Shown one piece after another: positions 42,576 through 55,085 of a stretch of 64,000 nucleotides of DNA. The position numbers and the translations under genes were made by a program. Where the stretch lies: contig NIVC01003267.1 in the NCBI GenBank assembly GCA_002269645.1, positions 44,158 to 108,157 on the forward strand. Reading direction: 5' to 3'. The DNA is from Macrostomum lignano. Its lineage: Eukaryota. Each line of letters starts with the position of its first letter. Position 1 is the first letter of the stretch. Below the pieces are notes generated by a model. It did no database searches. It saw only the letters and a list, made by a program, of their open reading frames with translations, and had not been told where the DNA came from.

Positions 42576-43390
42576 GATTCAAACTCAGGGTCTCGCAGAA
42601 ATCTTCCCCGAACTTACAAAAGTCCACACGGAACTCCTTGACGACGCGAGACTCGACCGTCGAGAATCTGCCAAAGCCCTGCTCGGTGCCCACGGGTTTA
42701 TCACGGAGTCGGAGTGGCTGACAGCCAATGAGCTCCGAGAACCAGTCAAATCCGGTCTGCAGCCCCTGCTCAGTCTCAGGCAAGCTCGGATGAGTCAAAT
42801 CGGTGAGCTTAGGACGCTGATCCAGGCACCGGATATCTGCAGTCAAGCGCTCGAGTCCGCAAGCCTTCGACGCGACGAGTCTGTTTGAGTCCAAGTCAAC
42901 AGCAAGATCCGTCTCGAAACACGCTCACACAAGGTGTACAGCTGCCTCCCCCTCGACTTTCTCATTGTCAGACGTGCTCTCTGCGCCTTTGAGGATCCCC
43001 GCCACGTCACAGGTCACGGTTGCTTTGCCAGGCACTGCTTCCTCCGAAGTGTTCGCCGGAGCGAACTCTGCCCCTTCTGCAACCTCGAGAACGAAGACGC
43101 CAAGCACTTCGCCTGCTACTGCCAGGCCTTCAACCGAGACCGGCTCGACCACCTCGGGCCCAACCCGTCCCTGGACGACGCTTGCCGGCCCGAAAACATC
43201 CCACGGCTCATCCGGTTCCTCCCACCGAAGACAATGCTGCAGACAGGACCGGCAGACTTCCCTGACCGGCCCCGCGCCCTAGCCTATGCGGGCCTTTCAG
43301 GGATTAGCAGAACGGGCGACGCTCGCCTCCCCGCTGCGTCTTCGGACCGCCCTGCAGTTAAGTCAGTCAAGTAGTAAGTCAAGCGCCTTG
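42574..43390 (+). mobile_element. 5'-truncated non-LTR retrotransposon (LINE; I/R1/LOA-like C-terminus), one in-frame TGA at 42886
   Basis: The frame from 42574 is open except for one stop. VTGHGCFARH…ELCPFCNLENEDAKHFACYCQAFNRDRLDHLG is the typical C-terminal TGH…CxxC…H…C knuckle of LINE ORF2. The 3' tail has short AAGT(C/A) repeats. Confidence 0.7.
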
Positions 43391-44644
43391 GAGGTTGGCC
43401 ATCACGGGTGTGAATTGCACGAGAGCCCCCGCCAATTGCCTGAGTAGGCAATTAAATAATAAAGAAAACGAAAGCCGGTCTGGCGGAAATCATTGCAGCC
43501 GACAGGAATCAGCGGCCAAGCTGTTATGACAGGAATATACCACTAATAGTAGATAATAAAGCATTTGCGTGTATATTCTATGCCTCTCTATAACACATCA
43601 GGTAAACCAGCAACTCATATCCAGTGCCATTTTTTATAATAAAAAAGAAGTTTGTAATTCGCAGTTCGCAGACGGTAAAACGAAGGGAAAAAACAGAGAC
43701 AGGCAGACTGGGGAACTCCAAATACAGTAGTAGTATATTCATATCCAGCTCGCAGTCAAATTGCACAGGAGATTGCAAAGACAGACACTACTACTGCTAC
43801 TATGAGTAGGCCGTTCTGTACGGTAAATATTTGCACGATAATAAAGCGATATTGAGTTATGACAGCTGGTTAACTAAACAGGAATTGAGCCGCAGCGGGA
43901 GTTAAATAATAAGAGCAAGCTACTAACAGTAGTATTGCATAGCGCTGGTCGCAGGCGGCAGGAATGACGGGCGCGGATGAGTCAGGAGTGGACAAAGACT
44001 AATTGAGAAATAAAACATCAGGAGGCGGGTGCGGCAAGGACAGCAAATGCACGCAGCGAATGGGACAAGACGCGCCTAGTCCTACTGATTAGTAATAGCA
44101 GCTGCGAGTGGCGACTGAAATAATAACCGAATAAGCAAACAAGAGCAGCTGGTGCTAAAAATCGCGCTAAAAACAAAGAGCGAACAAAAGTCTCGAGCTC
44201 CATGGTCCGGTGGGTGCAGTGCAGAAAACCGCATTGAAAAAATTGCAATGAGACAAATTGAATTTTGAAGACAAAACAAAAATTTTCAAGATAAAATTGC
44301 AGAGAACGACGCGAGATTAGCGGGCATTAGTAATAGCCATAATCAGTAAAATTATATATTAACTATATAAGCTGTTTTGGGCTTCACAGTAAAAACGGCC
44401 ACACAAAATAAACTTTTGGAGTCCGCGGGCCGACTGTGAAAGCAGACTGACTGGGCGAGTGGGGGCGGCCGAGGCCGGTTGCTGGTCGGGCGGGGGCAGA
44501 GGTAGAGACTGCGACAGCCCCCCCCCCCGGACAAGAAAGTTTCTACACAATCAACAAGATGGTCCAAAATATCCAAAATACTCCAGATAGTGAAGGCTGC
44601 CAGACAGCTCCGCAGTTCAGCGCCACTGGCTCAATCTACCATTA

Positions 44645-47600
44645 TCACATGTCAACACGGAACGCCTTCCCGCTGCCTCCCTGAGGCTGCTGCTGCGGTA
44701 GGAACGGGTTGGTGCAGCTGGGCTGGTGGGCCCTGGCGGCCCGGTCTGCCCAGGTCACGTCGAACGGGTCGGCCTGGTCGAACTGGCGCCAAGCTGCGTT
44801 GCTCAGAGCTGCCGAGGCTGACGAGGCTGCGGCTGCCGGGGCAACGGCGGCGGCGGAAGTTGAGGGCCAGGGCGCCGGCTGCTGCGCCTCAGGCGACGTT
44901 GCCAGAAATGCTGGTCAGGAGACGCGGATGAGCTTTGCGTTTGCAAATTGCGGACAGGCTACTGACAGTAGCTTGGCGATAACTGCCATGATTTTACTTT
45001 CTTTGATAACTTGACAGCCACTGACAACTGACATGCAGCTACTGACAACTGACATACAGGTACTGACAGCTGACAGCCACTGACAACTGACAGACACTGA
45101 CAACTCACAGTCACTGACAACTCACAGTCACTGACAACTCACAGCCACTGACAATTAAGTGTAGCTGAATGCTTATACAAGCCAAACCGCTTTGAACCGA
45201 ACCCAGGAAAGATAAAGCAGACATTTCTTTGAAAAGCTGGACTCACGGTTGTAGGATTTGATCGCTGGCGCTGCGGCTGGCGGGGCGGCACCAAAGAAGT
45301 CGCCCCCGTTAGCCGGGCGGCCCTGCTGGTAGCCGGAGGCGCCCGCTGAGGCGGCGGCCGGCGAAGAAGAGACGACGGCGGCGGCCGGCGAAGATGAAAC
45401 GACGGCAGCTGCAGCGGCGGACGAGCTCGATGACACCATTGGCGGGGTCTCCTCCAAGACGGAGCTCAGAGCTCGAGACTGAGCAGGCTGCGTTAGCAGC
45501 TGCGGCCTGGCGGACGCGGCGGCCACTCCGGGTCCGTCCGAGGCCGCGTGCAGCTGCTCCATGGAGGCCAACTCCTCGGGAATGGCGGAGCCTGCGAGAT
45601 TCAGGGAGGCAGTCCTGTCTTATCCCGGTCCCCATCTAATCACCCCAGTCCCCATCTAATCACTTCAGTCCCCATCTAATCACCCCAGTCCCCATCTAAT
45701 CACTTCAGTCCCCATCTAATCACTTCAGTCCCCATCTAATCACTTCAGTCCCCATCTAATCACTTCAGTCCCCATCTAATCACTTCAGTCCCCATCTAAT
45801 CACCCCAGTCCCCATCTAATCACCCCAGTCCCCATCTAATCACCCCAGTCCCCATCTAATCACTTCAGTCCCCATCTAATCATCCCAGTCCCCATCTAAT
45901 CATCCCAGTCCCCATCTAATCACCCCAGTCCCCATCTAATCACTTCAGTCCCCATCTAATCACCCCAGTCCCCATCTAATCACCCCAGTCCCCATCTAAT
46001 CACTTCAGTCCCCATCTAATCATCCCAGTCCCCATCTAATCATCCCAGTCCCCATCTAATCACCCCAGTCCCCATCTAATCACTTCAGTCCCCATCTAAT
46101 CATCCCAGTCCCCATCTAATCACCTCAGTCCCCATCTAATCATCCCAGTCCCCATCTAATCATCCCAGTCCCCATCTTATCATCCCAGTCCACATCTTAT
46201 CATCCCAGTCCCCCATCTTATCATCCCAGTCCCCATCTAATCACCCTAGTCCCCATCTAATCACCCTAGTCCCCATCTAATCACCTCAGTCTCCATCTAA
46301 TCATCCCAGTCTCAATCTTATCATCCCAGTCCCAATCTAATCATCCCAGTCCCCATCTAATCATCCCAGTCCCAATCTAATCATCCCAGTCCCAATCTAA
46401 TCGCCCCAGTCCCAATCTAATCATCCCAGTCTTCATCTAATCATCCCAGTCCCAATCTTATCATCCCAGTCTTTATCTATCATCCCAGTCCCAATCTTAT
46501 CATCCCAGTCCCAATCTAATCGCCCCAGTCCCAATCTAATCATCCCAATCCCCAGTCCACCCCAGCACATCAGCTCAGCCCATACCCAGTCCGTTCGTAG
46601 CCCCGCCAGCTCCCTCAGCCAGCGCAGGCAGGCCGGCCCTGGCCGCCTGTCCGGCCTCCCCGGGCAGCCGCAGTGAGGAGTAGTTCTTGTTGCGGAACGG
46701 GCTGTTGTCGCCCTGGCCCAGCTTGGGGAACAGGCGCAGCGAGGCCTGCCGCTCGAACAGCTGCGGATTGGCCTGCGGCCTGGGCACGGCGCTGGCGGTG
46801 TCCACCCGGGCCTCGGGCCGCTGAGTCACAGGCACAGGCTGCGGCAGGATGGCGCACTGCGGGTCCAGCATCTTCTCAGTGAGGGTGGTCTGCCTAAACG
46901 AGCCCATCCTCTCAAAGCTGGTGCCCTTGTCGTTGAACTGGACCTGGACGGACTCTTTCTCGCGCTCCTGCTTCTTCTCCAGGCAGATGGCGAAGGCGCA
47001 GCCGACTGCGTGCGACAGGCGCTCGCCCTGTGGGACAGGCAGTGAGGAGACTTGAAATTGGAGTGAAAATCAGACACAGGGAAACAAAACACATATTGGC
47101 CTTAATTGACCCTCGTCTCCTGCCCACGCGCTCCTCACCGACTCCTTGACCGCCAGGAAGCCGTGGCACATCCAACGCCTGGTGGCGCCGTCCCGGCAGA
47201 TGTAGGCGAAGCCTTTCTCGTGATTGCGGTCCGGCGCGCAGAAGGACACCTTCTCGATGGTCTGGTCCACAATGAGGCCCTGACGCGGGGATTAGTAAGG
47301 TAGCGCTTGGTTACAACTGGAAATCTACCGACACTCTACAGCTCGCTGTCCATTACTCAAAAATGCACAAGATTACAGAATAAAGTGCACGGCTCATTGG
47401 CAAAGCCCCAAGCAGTGGAGAATGACAGCAAGATGGCACAGCAAGCACGGGACAGGACAGAAAGAAGTGCACGATGCCAGAAATGCATTGGCAATTAAGC
47501 ACTGCAGAGACGGAGATTAGCAGCACAAAGCAGCAGTTCAAGCAAGCCAATGGAATTTGGAAATTGCGGCCCCCTTTGTGGCTCGGACGGGAATTGGGCG

Positions 47601-49402
47601 AATCAAGGAAGCAGCGCAAACTGCAGCTCAGACAGATAGGAGGCGGAGGGAAATGAGGGAGAGAGGAAGCAAAGGGGAGAGGAGAGAGGAGAGGAGAAGA
47701 GAGGAGGAGAAGAGAGGAGAGGAAGGAGGGAAAGGAAAGAAAAGGGGAGAGGAGAGAGAAGGGGAGAGGATAGAAGAGGTTGGAGAGAGAGGATACGGGA
47801 GGGAGAGAAGAGAGAAGAGGGGAGGAGAGAGGAGGGGAGGAGAGTAGAGAGGAGGGGAGAGGAGGGGAGGAGAGGAGAGAGGAGGAGAGGAGAGGAGAGA
47901 GGAGGGGATGAGGGGAGGGGAGGAGAGGAAAGGAGAGCTCTCCTTTGATCTCTCCTCCTCAAAAATGAGAGAAGAGAGGAGAAAAGAGAGTGGAGAGAAA
48001 GTGGAGAGAGAGGAGAGGGTAGAGTATAGAGAAGAGGAGAAGCATAGGAAGGGAGGGAGGCTACTGCCAACCTTGCAAACTGACACTCATTGACGGGATG
48101 AGATCAGTTGTAGCAGCCATGAAGGGGTTTCTCTTAGCCTCAATTCTGAGCACACAAGTGGAGCCACTGAGCAGGACGGCAGTAATTACTGCAAATATAA
48201 TTCTGACTGATCACTAAGCCAAGAGTGGGCTGGATGAGAATGAGAGGGAGAGTGAGAAGCAGAGAGAGGAGAGGCCAGTCTCATGGAAGAGGCTCGCCAC
48301 ACAAAGCCAGGTGACGGAGTCCCGGGCATGAATATAGAATATGATAATGAACTGCAATTAGCCCAATCCGCTCACCTTGCTGATCTCGTCCACAACTCTC
48401 AGCGCTTCGCCGTTCACGTACAGCACAGCCCGCTTGTGGTGCTTGGTCTTGGCCTGCGAAGGGTGGGGCGGGTCCGCACAAGTGTTAGTGCGCATTGCTG
48501 CCCTGCCGTCGAATGTTAATAATAATGACAGAATAACTGCAAATGCCAATGCTGGTGCGCAGATTGCTGTCAGCAATAAATCAGCACTGTGACAGCTTAA
48601 CGCCTGTGACAGTCGGTTAACAGTTGCTAACTGAGTTTAAATTTTTATGCACTCACTTTTATGAGATTCTTGATCGCCTCTTCGCAGACTTGCATCCCGC
48701 GGGACTCGAACACCTCCATGCAGCCGAGGTACTGCAGCGGGTTCAGTTTTAAAAGGGGAATGAAAGTTCAGTTGATGCTTAAGTGAATATGGTATCTCTG
48801 GCATTCAGGGCCCTCACTGCCCAGCACTGCGGCTGCCTCAGCCTCCACTTCCCAGCTCTCTTCAGGGCCCTCACTGCCCAGCACTGCGGCTGCCTCAGCC
48901 TCCACTTCCCAGCTCTCTTCAGGGCCCTCACTGCCCACCACTTCGGCTGCCTCAGCCTCCACTTCCCAGCTCTCTTCAGGGCCCTCACTGCCCAGCACTG
49001 CGGCTGCCTCAGCCTCCACTTCCCAGCTCTCTTCAGGGCCCTCACTGCCCAGCACTGCGGCTGCCTCAGCCTCCACTTCCAGCTCTCTTCAGGGCCCTCA
49101 CTGCCCAGCACTGCGGCTGCCTCAGCCTCCACTTCCCAGCTCTCTTCAGGGCCCTCACTGCCCACCACTTCGGCTGCCTCAGCCTCCACTTCAGCTCTAA
49201 ACAGGACCCAAAATCTAGCCTAGCAACAGAGGCCCAGAACACCCAAGACAACACAGACCTTGACTTGAAAGCTGCAGGAACCCTCTCGGACTTTCTTTTC
49301 ATCCTCCTGCCACTGCTGCGGCTTGCTGGACTCCTGCCTGCGCTTTTTCTTCTTCTTGCGGAAGCTGATAGTGCGCAGAAATTTTCCCATTCGCTCCGAC
49401 AT
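44645..49402 (-). CDS. numb: Numb (PTB endocytic adaptor), 496 aa: complement(join(44645..44910,45247..45591,46586..47027,47139..47279,48376..48453,48657..48731,49259..49402))
   Basis: Motifs include [10 protein letters not shown]…[22 protein letters not shown]|[73 protein letters not shown] and a C-terminal NPF…DPF…TNPF…FRVDM*. All six GT-AG junctions are in phase and total 1491 nt. Confidence 0.96.
45010..45155. repeat. Short ACTGACAACT(C/G)ACAG repeats in numb intron 44911-45246
   Basis: Read directly. Confidence 0.85.
45628..46556. repeat. 20-bp minisatellite GTCCCCATCTAATCACCCCA, ~46 copies, filling numb intron 45592-46585 (G-run-rich on the transcribed strand)
   Basis: Read directly. 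Units become more degenerate toward the right. Confidence 0.97.
47640..48060. repeat. Polypurine (GA-rich) low-complexity tract in a numb intron
   Basis: Almost purely A/G on the + strand. Confidence 0.93.
48804..49195. repeat. 57-bp minisatellite, ~7 copies, in numb intron 48732-49258
   Basis: TTCAGGGCCC occurs at 48804, 48861… (period 57). Confidence 0.96.
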
Positions 49403-50251
49403 CTTGCTGGTTTGCTGTGTTGAGCACTGAACTAAAAAGGTATTTAGTGAAAGAATATGATAGCATGTGAATATTAAATATATGGAAAATTTACTTTATA
49501 TAAAAAAGAAAGTTCAATAAGCTTTGCTTCTATTATAAATATCATTATACAAAGCAAAGTGATACAATAAACTATATCTATCTACTATAAAAAGAAGAAA
49601 CTGGAGACACTTGCTAGGCCTATAGCAAAACCAACAAATAATTATTTTAAAATCTAGGCTAACTTAGCCCATGTCTAAAATCTTGCTAAAAACATAAAGA
49701 CTAGGCCTATTATTTTAACTAATATTACATTACATTACAAGTGCATATAGTGCAAGACATATATGAAGAAACAAGACATTTGTTTTAACACTATATTTCA
49801 ACATTTCAAATATTTTAACATTTTTATTCATTTGTTTAATTGTTTATTTTATAATAAATCTCTATATCTGCCATATGCCATATCACAAAACATTTTGCAA
49901 AAGAATTTGCATTTTAACAAACTTTAAATTAATTAACTTGCTAGCATACTACAAATTATAGTAGTAAAAAGGTTAGGGTGCCACTGAATTTGTCAACATT
50001 ACATTTGCTACTGGTTTACTTTACCATGCATTGTTGATAAATTTGGTTATTTGACAATATGCTATTGATTAATATAGATGGTAGCCCCTATTGTTAAACT
50101 AAATAGTTATCCATATGTAGCCTTTAGGTATACCACACAATAGCTATAAAAAAGTTGTTGATTGCACATCTACTAATACCATTTGGGTAGATATACTTGT
50201 AATTAGGCTCTAGCCTAATCTATTATTATTATTATTTAGCCTGTATATCAA

Positions 50252-51156
50252 CTATGGTCAAGGTGTGCTATATGCACTGCAACAAATCCCTGGTCTAATT
50301 TTTAACTATGCCATGTACTTGGGAAAAAAGTGAATAGTGTACCAAAAATTTTGAATTTAACATTTTTTGAATTTTTTCTTTAATGTTAATAAAAAATGAT
50401 TGTTTTAATATTAAAATTTTTAATACAATCTGGGCTTTTTTAGGTTGGAAATCCAGTTGCCAGCTGGCCCTTGGGGCTCAAAATTCAGTTGCCAGCTGGC
50501 CCTTGGGGCTCAAAATTCAGTTGCCAGCTGTCCCTTGGGGCTCAAAATCCAGTTGCCAGCTGGCCTTTGGGGCTCAAAATCCAGTTGCCAGCTGGCCTTT
50601 GGGGCTCAAAATCCAGTTGCCAATGGCTATTTTTGGTTGCCCATTGGCAACTAGCCAAATTCTTGAGGATAGATATTTCCAAGGCTATGTTTAAAAAGCA
50701 GAAATTTATGCTTTCAACTTTAAGATTGCTATCTATGTTGCAAACAATAACAAAACAATAATTCCATCATACTGATTCATATGGCACTTTTATTATATTT
50801 ACAAAATAATTTTTGAAATTGGCAACTGGCATGGGGAAAATGAAGTTGCCTGATTGGCCTTTAAAGCAAAAAATCTAATTGCCAATAAGATTTTCAATGG
50901 GCCAAAAAACCTTATATGGCTTAAAAAACCCAAAATACAATGTGTATAATTTGCATATTTGGAAAAAATGGAAAAAGGAGCAAATACACATTTATGTTAT
51001 ATTTTACTTGTGAACTAAGAATATTTTATACTATATAGACTATGCACTAAGTGTGGTATGCCATGTGCACCATGTGTACCATGTATGCTAAAAAATTCTT
51101 TTGAGTGCATAGGGCCTAATAATTTTGCATGAAATCTACCACTTTCTTGACTATGG
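50252..51156. mobile_element. CCATAGTCAGGA-family element, copy C, perfect 8-bp TSD TATATCAA, containing a 32-bp tandem array (~50448-50625)
   Basis: Ends CTATGGTCAAGG / CTTGACTATGG. TATATCAA occurs at 50244-51 and 51157-64. The array unit is AAATCCAGTTGCCAGCTGGCCCTTGGGGCTCA. Confidence 0.7.
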
Positions 51157-54100
51157 TATATCAATCAACAACCTAATAAATATAGGGAAATATTTATTAT
51201 ATTTATATAATAATATATATTTGGACTATTTATCTGGACTAAGAGTATACTTAGACTTAAGACTATAATAATGGGCCTAGGCTATTATAATCTAGATTAA
51301 AGCAAGAATAGGCCTATGCCAGAATAAAAGTTCATGTTTTTTTTTCAATTTTATGCCAATATAAAATTAAAAAAAAATTATGCCAAGCCCAGAGTTGCTT
51401 GCATGCCAATTTTTTAGGGAATATTTATTATTGAAAATAAGAGTTTTACTAAACTTCACAACTATAGTTTTTTGCTAAAAACTGATATTCTTTGTTTTAA
51501 TTTTGTTTTTCTTGTAAATTGTGTTAATATTTTTATTTTAGTTCTCAATTATCTTTAAGAGCTTAAATTACTAGTTGATATTTAACTACATAGTACATAC
51601 ACAACTACATTGATTAACCATAAACTTGGCTATTTTTTGTATGCCAACTATGTATGTGCACTTCATGTTGAACCTGAAAATTCTATATGCGAAGTGTATG
51701 CCAAGATTGTCAGCAAGAAAAAAAATAGGCTAGAAATTTTCCAGTGTAAAGCCAAGGGGCCCAAGGCCACCTTCCAGACTATGGGTCACGCAATCATAGG
51801 CTTTGCTATACCCTATAGCCTATATTCAAATAAAAATATATAATACTTTTTATTCAATCAACCAATCTTCAAAAGTAATGTGCGATTTTTTAGCTAGGCC
51901 AATGAGATTTTCAAATAGAAAAAATACTCAAAGAATTTTCAAAAAACAGCTACAAATATGTCAAATAGGCTAACCTATAGGCCCTACTGGAGTTAAAAAG
52001 TCAGTAGCTATAGCTAATGCTTAATGACACAGACAGCTAATGTCCTAGACCTAAGCTGGTTTTATTAGGCCCTAATGAAAAATTACACCAACCAAAGTCC
52101 CCACACAAATATTAACGAAGGCCCAAGGCCTATTAATACAAAAATAAAATGAAATCGATAAAAAATTGATACGCCTATTTGATAAAAAACGTACCCAGCA
52201 GCACTAAGAGGTACTTAATTACACCAGACTCAGGGGACTAGATTCCTGACTCCCAGCTTCCTTATGAAGCCGTTTGGTGCTTATTCTAGATCTTTGCTGT
52301 ACAACTTTAGAGCAACTTTTCTCGCTTGATATTGTCCTATCAATGATCAAGTGTAGGCCTATATCATTTCTTTACGCCCGCCCACACTTGTCCTTAATCA
52401 GCGCCGCCTGTTCCGGTAGCTTTTTCATAGAAAGCCAGTGTAGTAAGTAAAGCAATGTGACAACAATACTTGTAGTTAAGCATGAAAATTAAATTAATTT
52501 TGGAGCATAAATATCAAAGTATCAAAATCGTATTTTAATTACTATATATATAAAAATTTAGAAAATTAGTTAATTACAACTATATATTTCTCCGTTCGTC
52601 ATCCAGTTAATAATGTAATGTTTCATGAATCACTAAGAATTTTTTATTCACTTCTCGTGTAGATAATGTATTTTAATGTATAATTGCGTATTTAATTTTA
52701 GCGTATTACCTATTTTCGAACAAACTTTTTAATCGATGCAGAGTTATGTAAAAAACATTTTACCTCTAGTTTGTGCATGGTTGTAGAAGATTACATATAA
52801 AACGTAGCTATTACTGGAGTAATGGACATGAACTTCTACAACTGTCACTGTCTCCTATCACCGTCTCCCATTGCGAATCCAGGTCGCACGTATTAGAGAT
52901 TTGAGTAGAGAATTGGAAAGGCTTCATTAGAGCGGCCGCCCGGGTGACCCAACCCGCGAGGTAGAGCAGGCTCTGCTGGCGGCTATCTGCAATTCGGCTG
53001 GGCCCGGCAATGCTATCAACGCTCTGACGAGGCTAACGCGGTGCAAATTCCGCTGAGAACCTGTCAAGTGACACTGCTGACGAGCGCTGATTATATAGGC
53101 TGCTTGAGTTCTTCGCCGTCACGTGAACGCACTGTCACCTCCGCACTGCCAGTCCATCTGACGCTGCGGCGCGAGAGGCCATTGCCGGAGGAGAGTTTAA
53201 TTCAACTTATAGCATAATTCAGCACAGCCGACGTCGTGAGGTTCGCCTAACTGTCGCCAGGCGGGAAAGGGCTGGGCCATCGACGCACCGGCATCCAACC
53301 CGGGTAGCATTTTGACGTCAATTTGCGGTTGCGTTGACGTCACAAAAATTACCTTCGCAAATCTATTCACCCCAGCCCGTCTTCGTTGATTTTGTAGTTT
53401 ATTTTTGCATAATTAGATGCCAGAGTCAATATGCATTTGTAGTCATCATTTTGCTAGCTCAATTATACCTGTAAAATAGCAAAGAAGCAACGTAAAATAT
53501 ACGTTGAAAGTAGGTTGAAAAATCAACGTCAAACTTAAGTCATTATGGAACCCAAAATTTGACGTTTCTATGCTGCATTACTATATAATAACGTAGATTG
53601 AATGATTTTTATAACACTGAAAAAAAGTAAGGGAAAAAGTAAGGCTCGTTTTTTTACAGTTTTATTTTGTTAATACGTATCGTTAAAATCGTATATTTTT
53701 GAATAATTTGCTGCATGCTCAATCATGCCGATCAATGGGGGTTGTTTTTTTTCACTAAGCTGTGTCAGGGTCAGGCAGCTAGGTATATGAAACTTCACGG
53801 TGATACAACGCATCTTTCTGTTTGACTGAATTTTATTTTACATCTATATTTTGGCGGCCTTAAATATACCATAAGAAGTTTGATGTTAGAAGGAGATAAA
53901 TGCAATAGCAAAGCATAGCTAATGGTCTAGCTACTAATGATAATTAGCTAATTTAATTATAGAATCTTTTATTAAAGTTGCTAATTTTCCGTATACTACT
54001 TTACCTTATCTCATTTCTTATTCAGTACTGTATGTGATTTTTTATTCATAGGAATTATAAAGTAATATTATTGGACTATATAGGCCCCTACAATACTCCA

Positions 54101-54688
54101 CTGATTAAAATTTACAAATGATTAGAGTTAGGCATAATTCCTATCAGAATAATTATTGCATGGAAATTGAATTCTTACCTATCAGTCAACAAAGAACTGC
54201 TTGATTTTGGTGTCAGTCTTAGGCCTAGCCTGGGATGTACAAAACTTATTAGTAAAGCCAGTTTATTAAATAAACCAGTATCAACCTAATGAGTCTAAAT
54301 TGATATTCTGTTCTAATTTTTGCTGGCACTAGAATTCAAAACTGCATCCAAGGTCTAATTTCAGGATGCAATTTTTTAACCCAAAATAAAAGGAAGAAAC
54401 AAGAAATAATATCATATCTAAATTTCCACTTCAGGATGCAATTTGAAAGGTCAAGATTTACTAGCATCTCTACAAAAACATTAGGCATACTTGATATGAA
54501 GTTACTATTTTTTGTTTTGGTTTGATAAATATTTAGTGGGCCACCTATCATGAGTTTTTAATATATACAAAGCATACTGTCTATCTATTATTTATAAATG
54601 TAGCTATTTCATGTTAGCATTTTATATAATATTTAGAGTTTCTTGGTTAACTGATTTAAATCTTTAATAACTTGTACGAGTACTACCA

Positions 54689-55035
54689 GGGGGGCCATAG
54701 CCCAGAGGTAGCGCAGCTGCTCTGGTGGGCCAGTGACCTAGGCTCAATTCCAAGTGTAGTCACATTAATTTGTGGCTGAATTGGAATCTTGGCTTGGCTC
54801 TGCTTGTGCAATTAATGGCCTTGAGAGCCAAACCCCCAAGGCGCAGTGAAGTGTACATGCCTAACAATAAAATAAAGTTAGGGTGGCTGTACACTCCTGT
54901 GTGAGTGTGTGCCTGCATATGTATCCGCGCGCTTGTATGCCTGCTCAGGGGAGCCGGCGGAATGGGCAATAATGCCTCTCACTGGTTGTGTGCTTATGTC
55001 GCTTAAAGTGCGCCAGGGTGTACAAATATATAAAG
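54689..55035 (+). mobile_element. Probable tRNA-derived SINE inside the CMC element
   Basis: GC-rich island in AT-rich DNA starting GGGGCCA. A-box-like TAGCCCAGAGG and B-box-like GGCTCAATTCC are 43 nt apart. No TSD was seen and the 3' end is approximate. Confidence 0.5.
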
Positions 55036-55085
55036 TTTAACAACACTTTTTAAAATAAATTGCATACATATACTGCCTATTTCAG

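Noticed and set aside
46575-46585. numb ending at the TGA at 46575 as in the ORF track
   Set aside because: The donor at 46585 splices in phase to two more exons carrying the conserved NPF/DPF C-terminus.
54689-54765. Functional tRNA gene
   Set aside because: The B-box is degenerate, no acceptor stem or cloverleaf was found, and it continues into a non-tRNA body. Treated as SINE-like.
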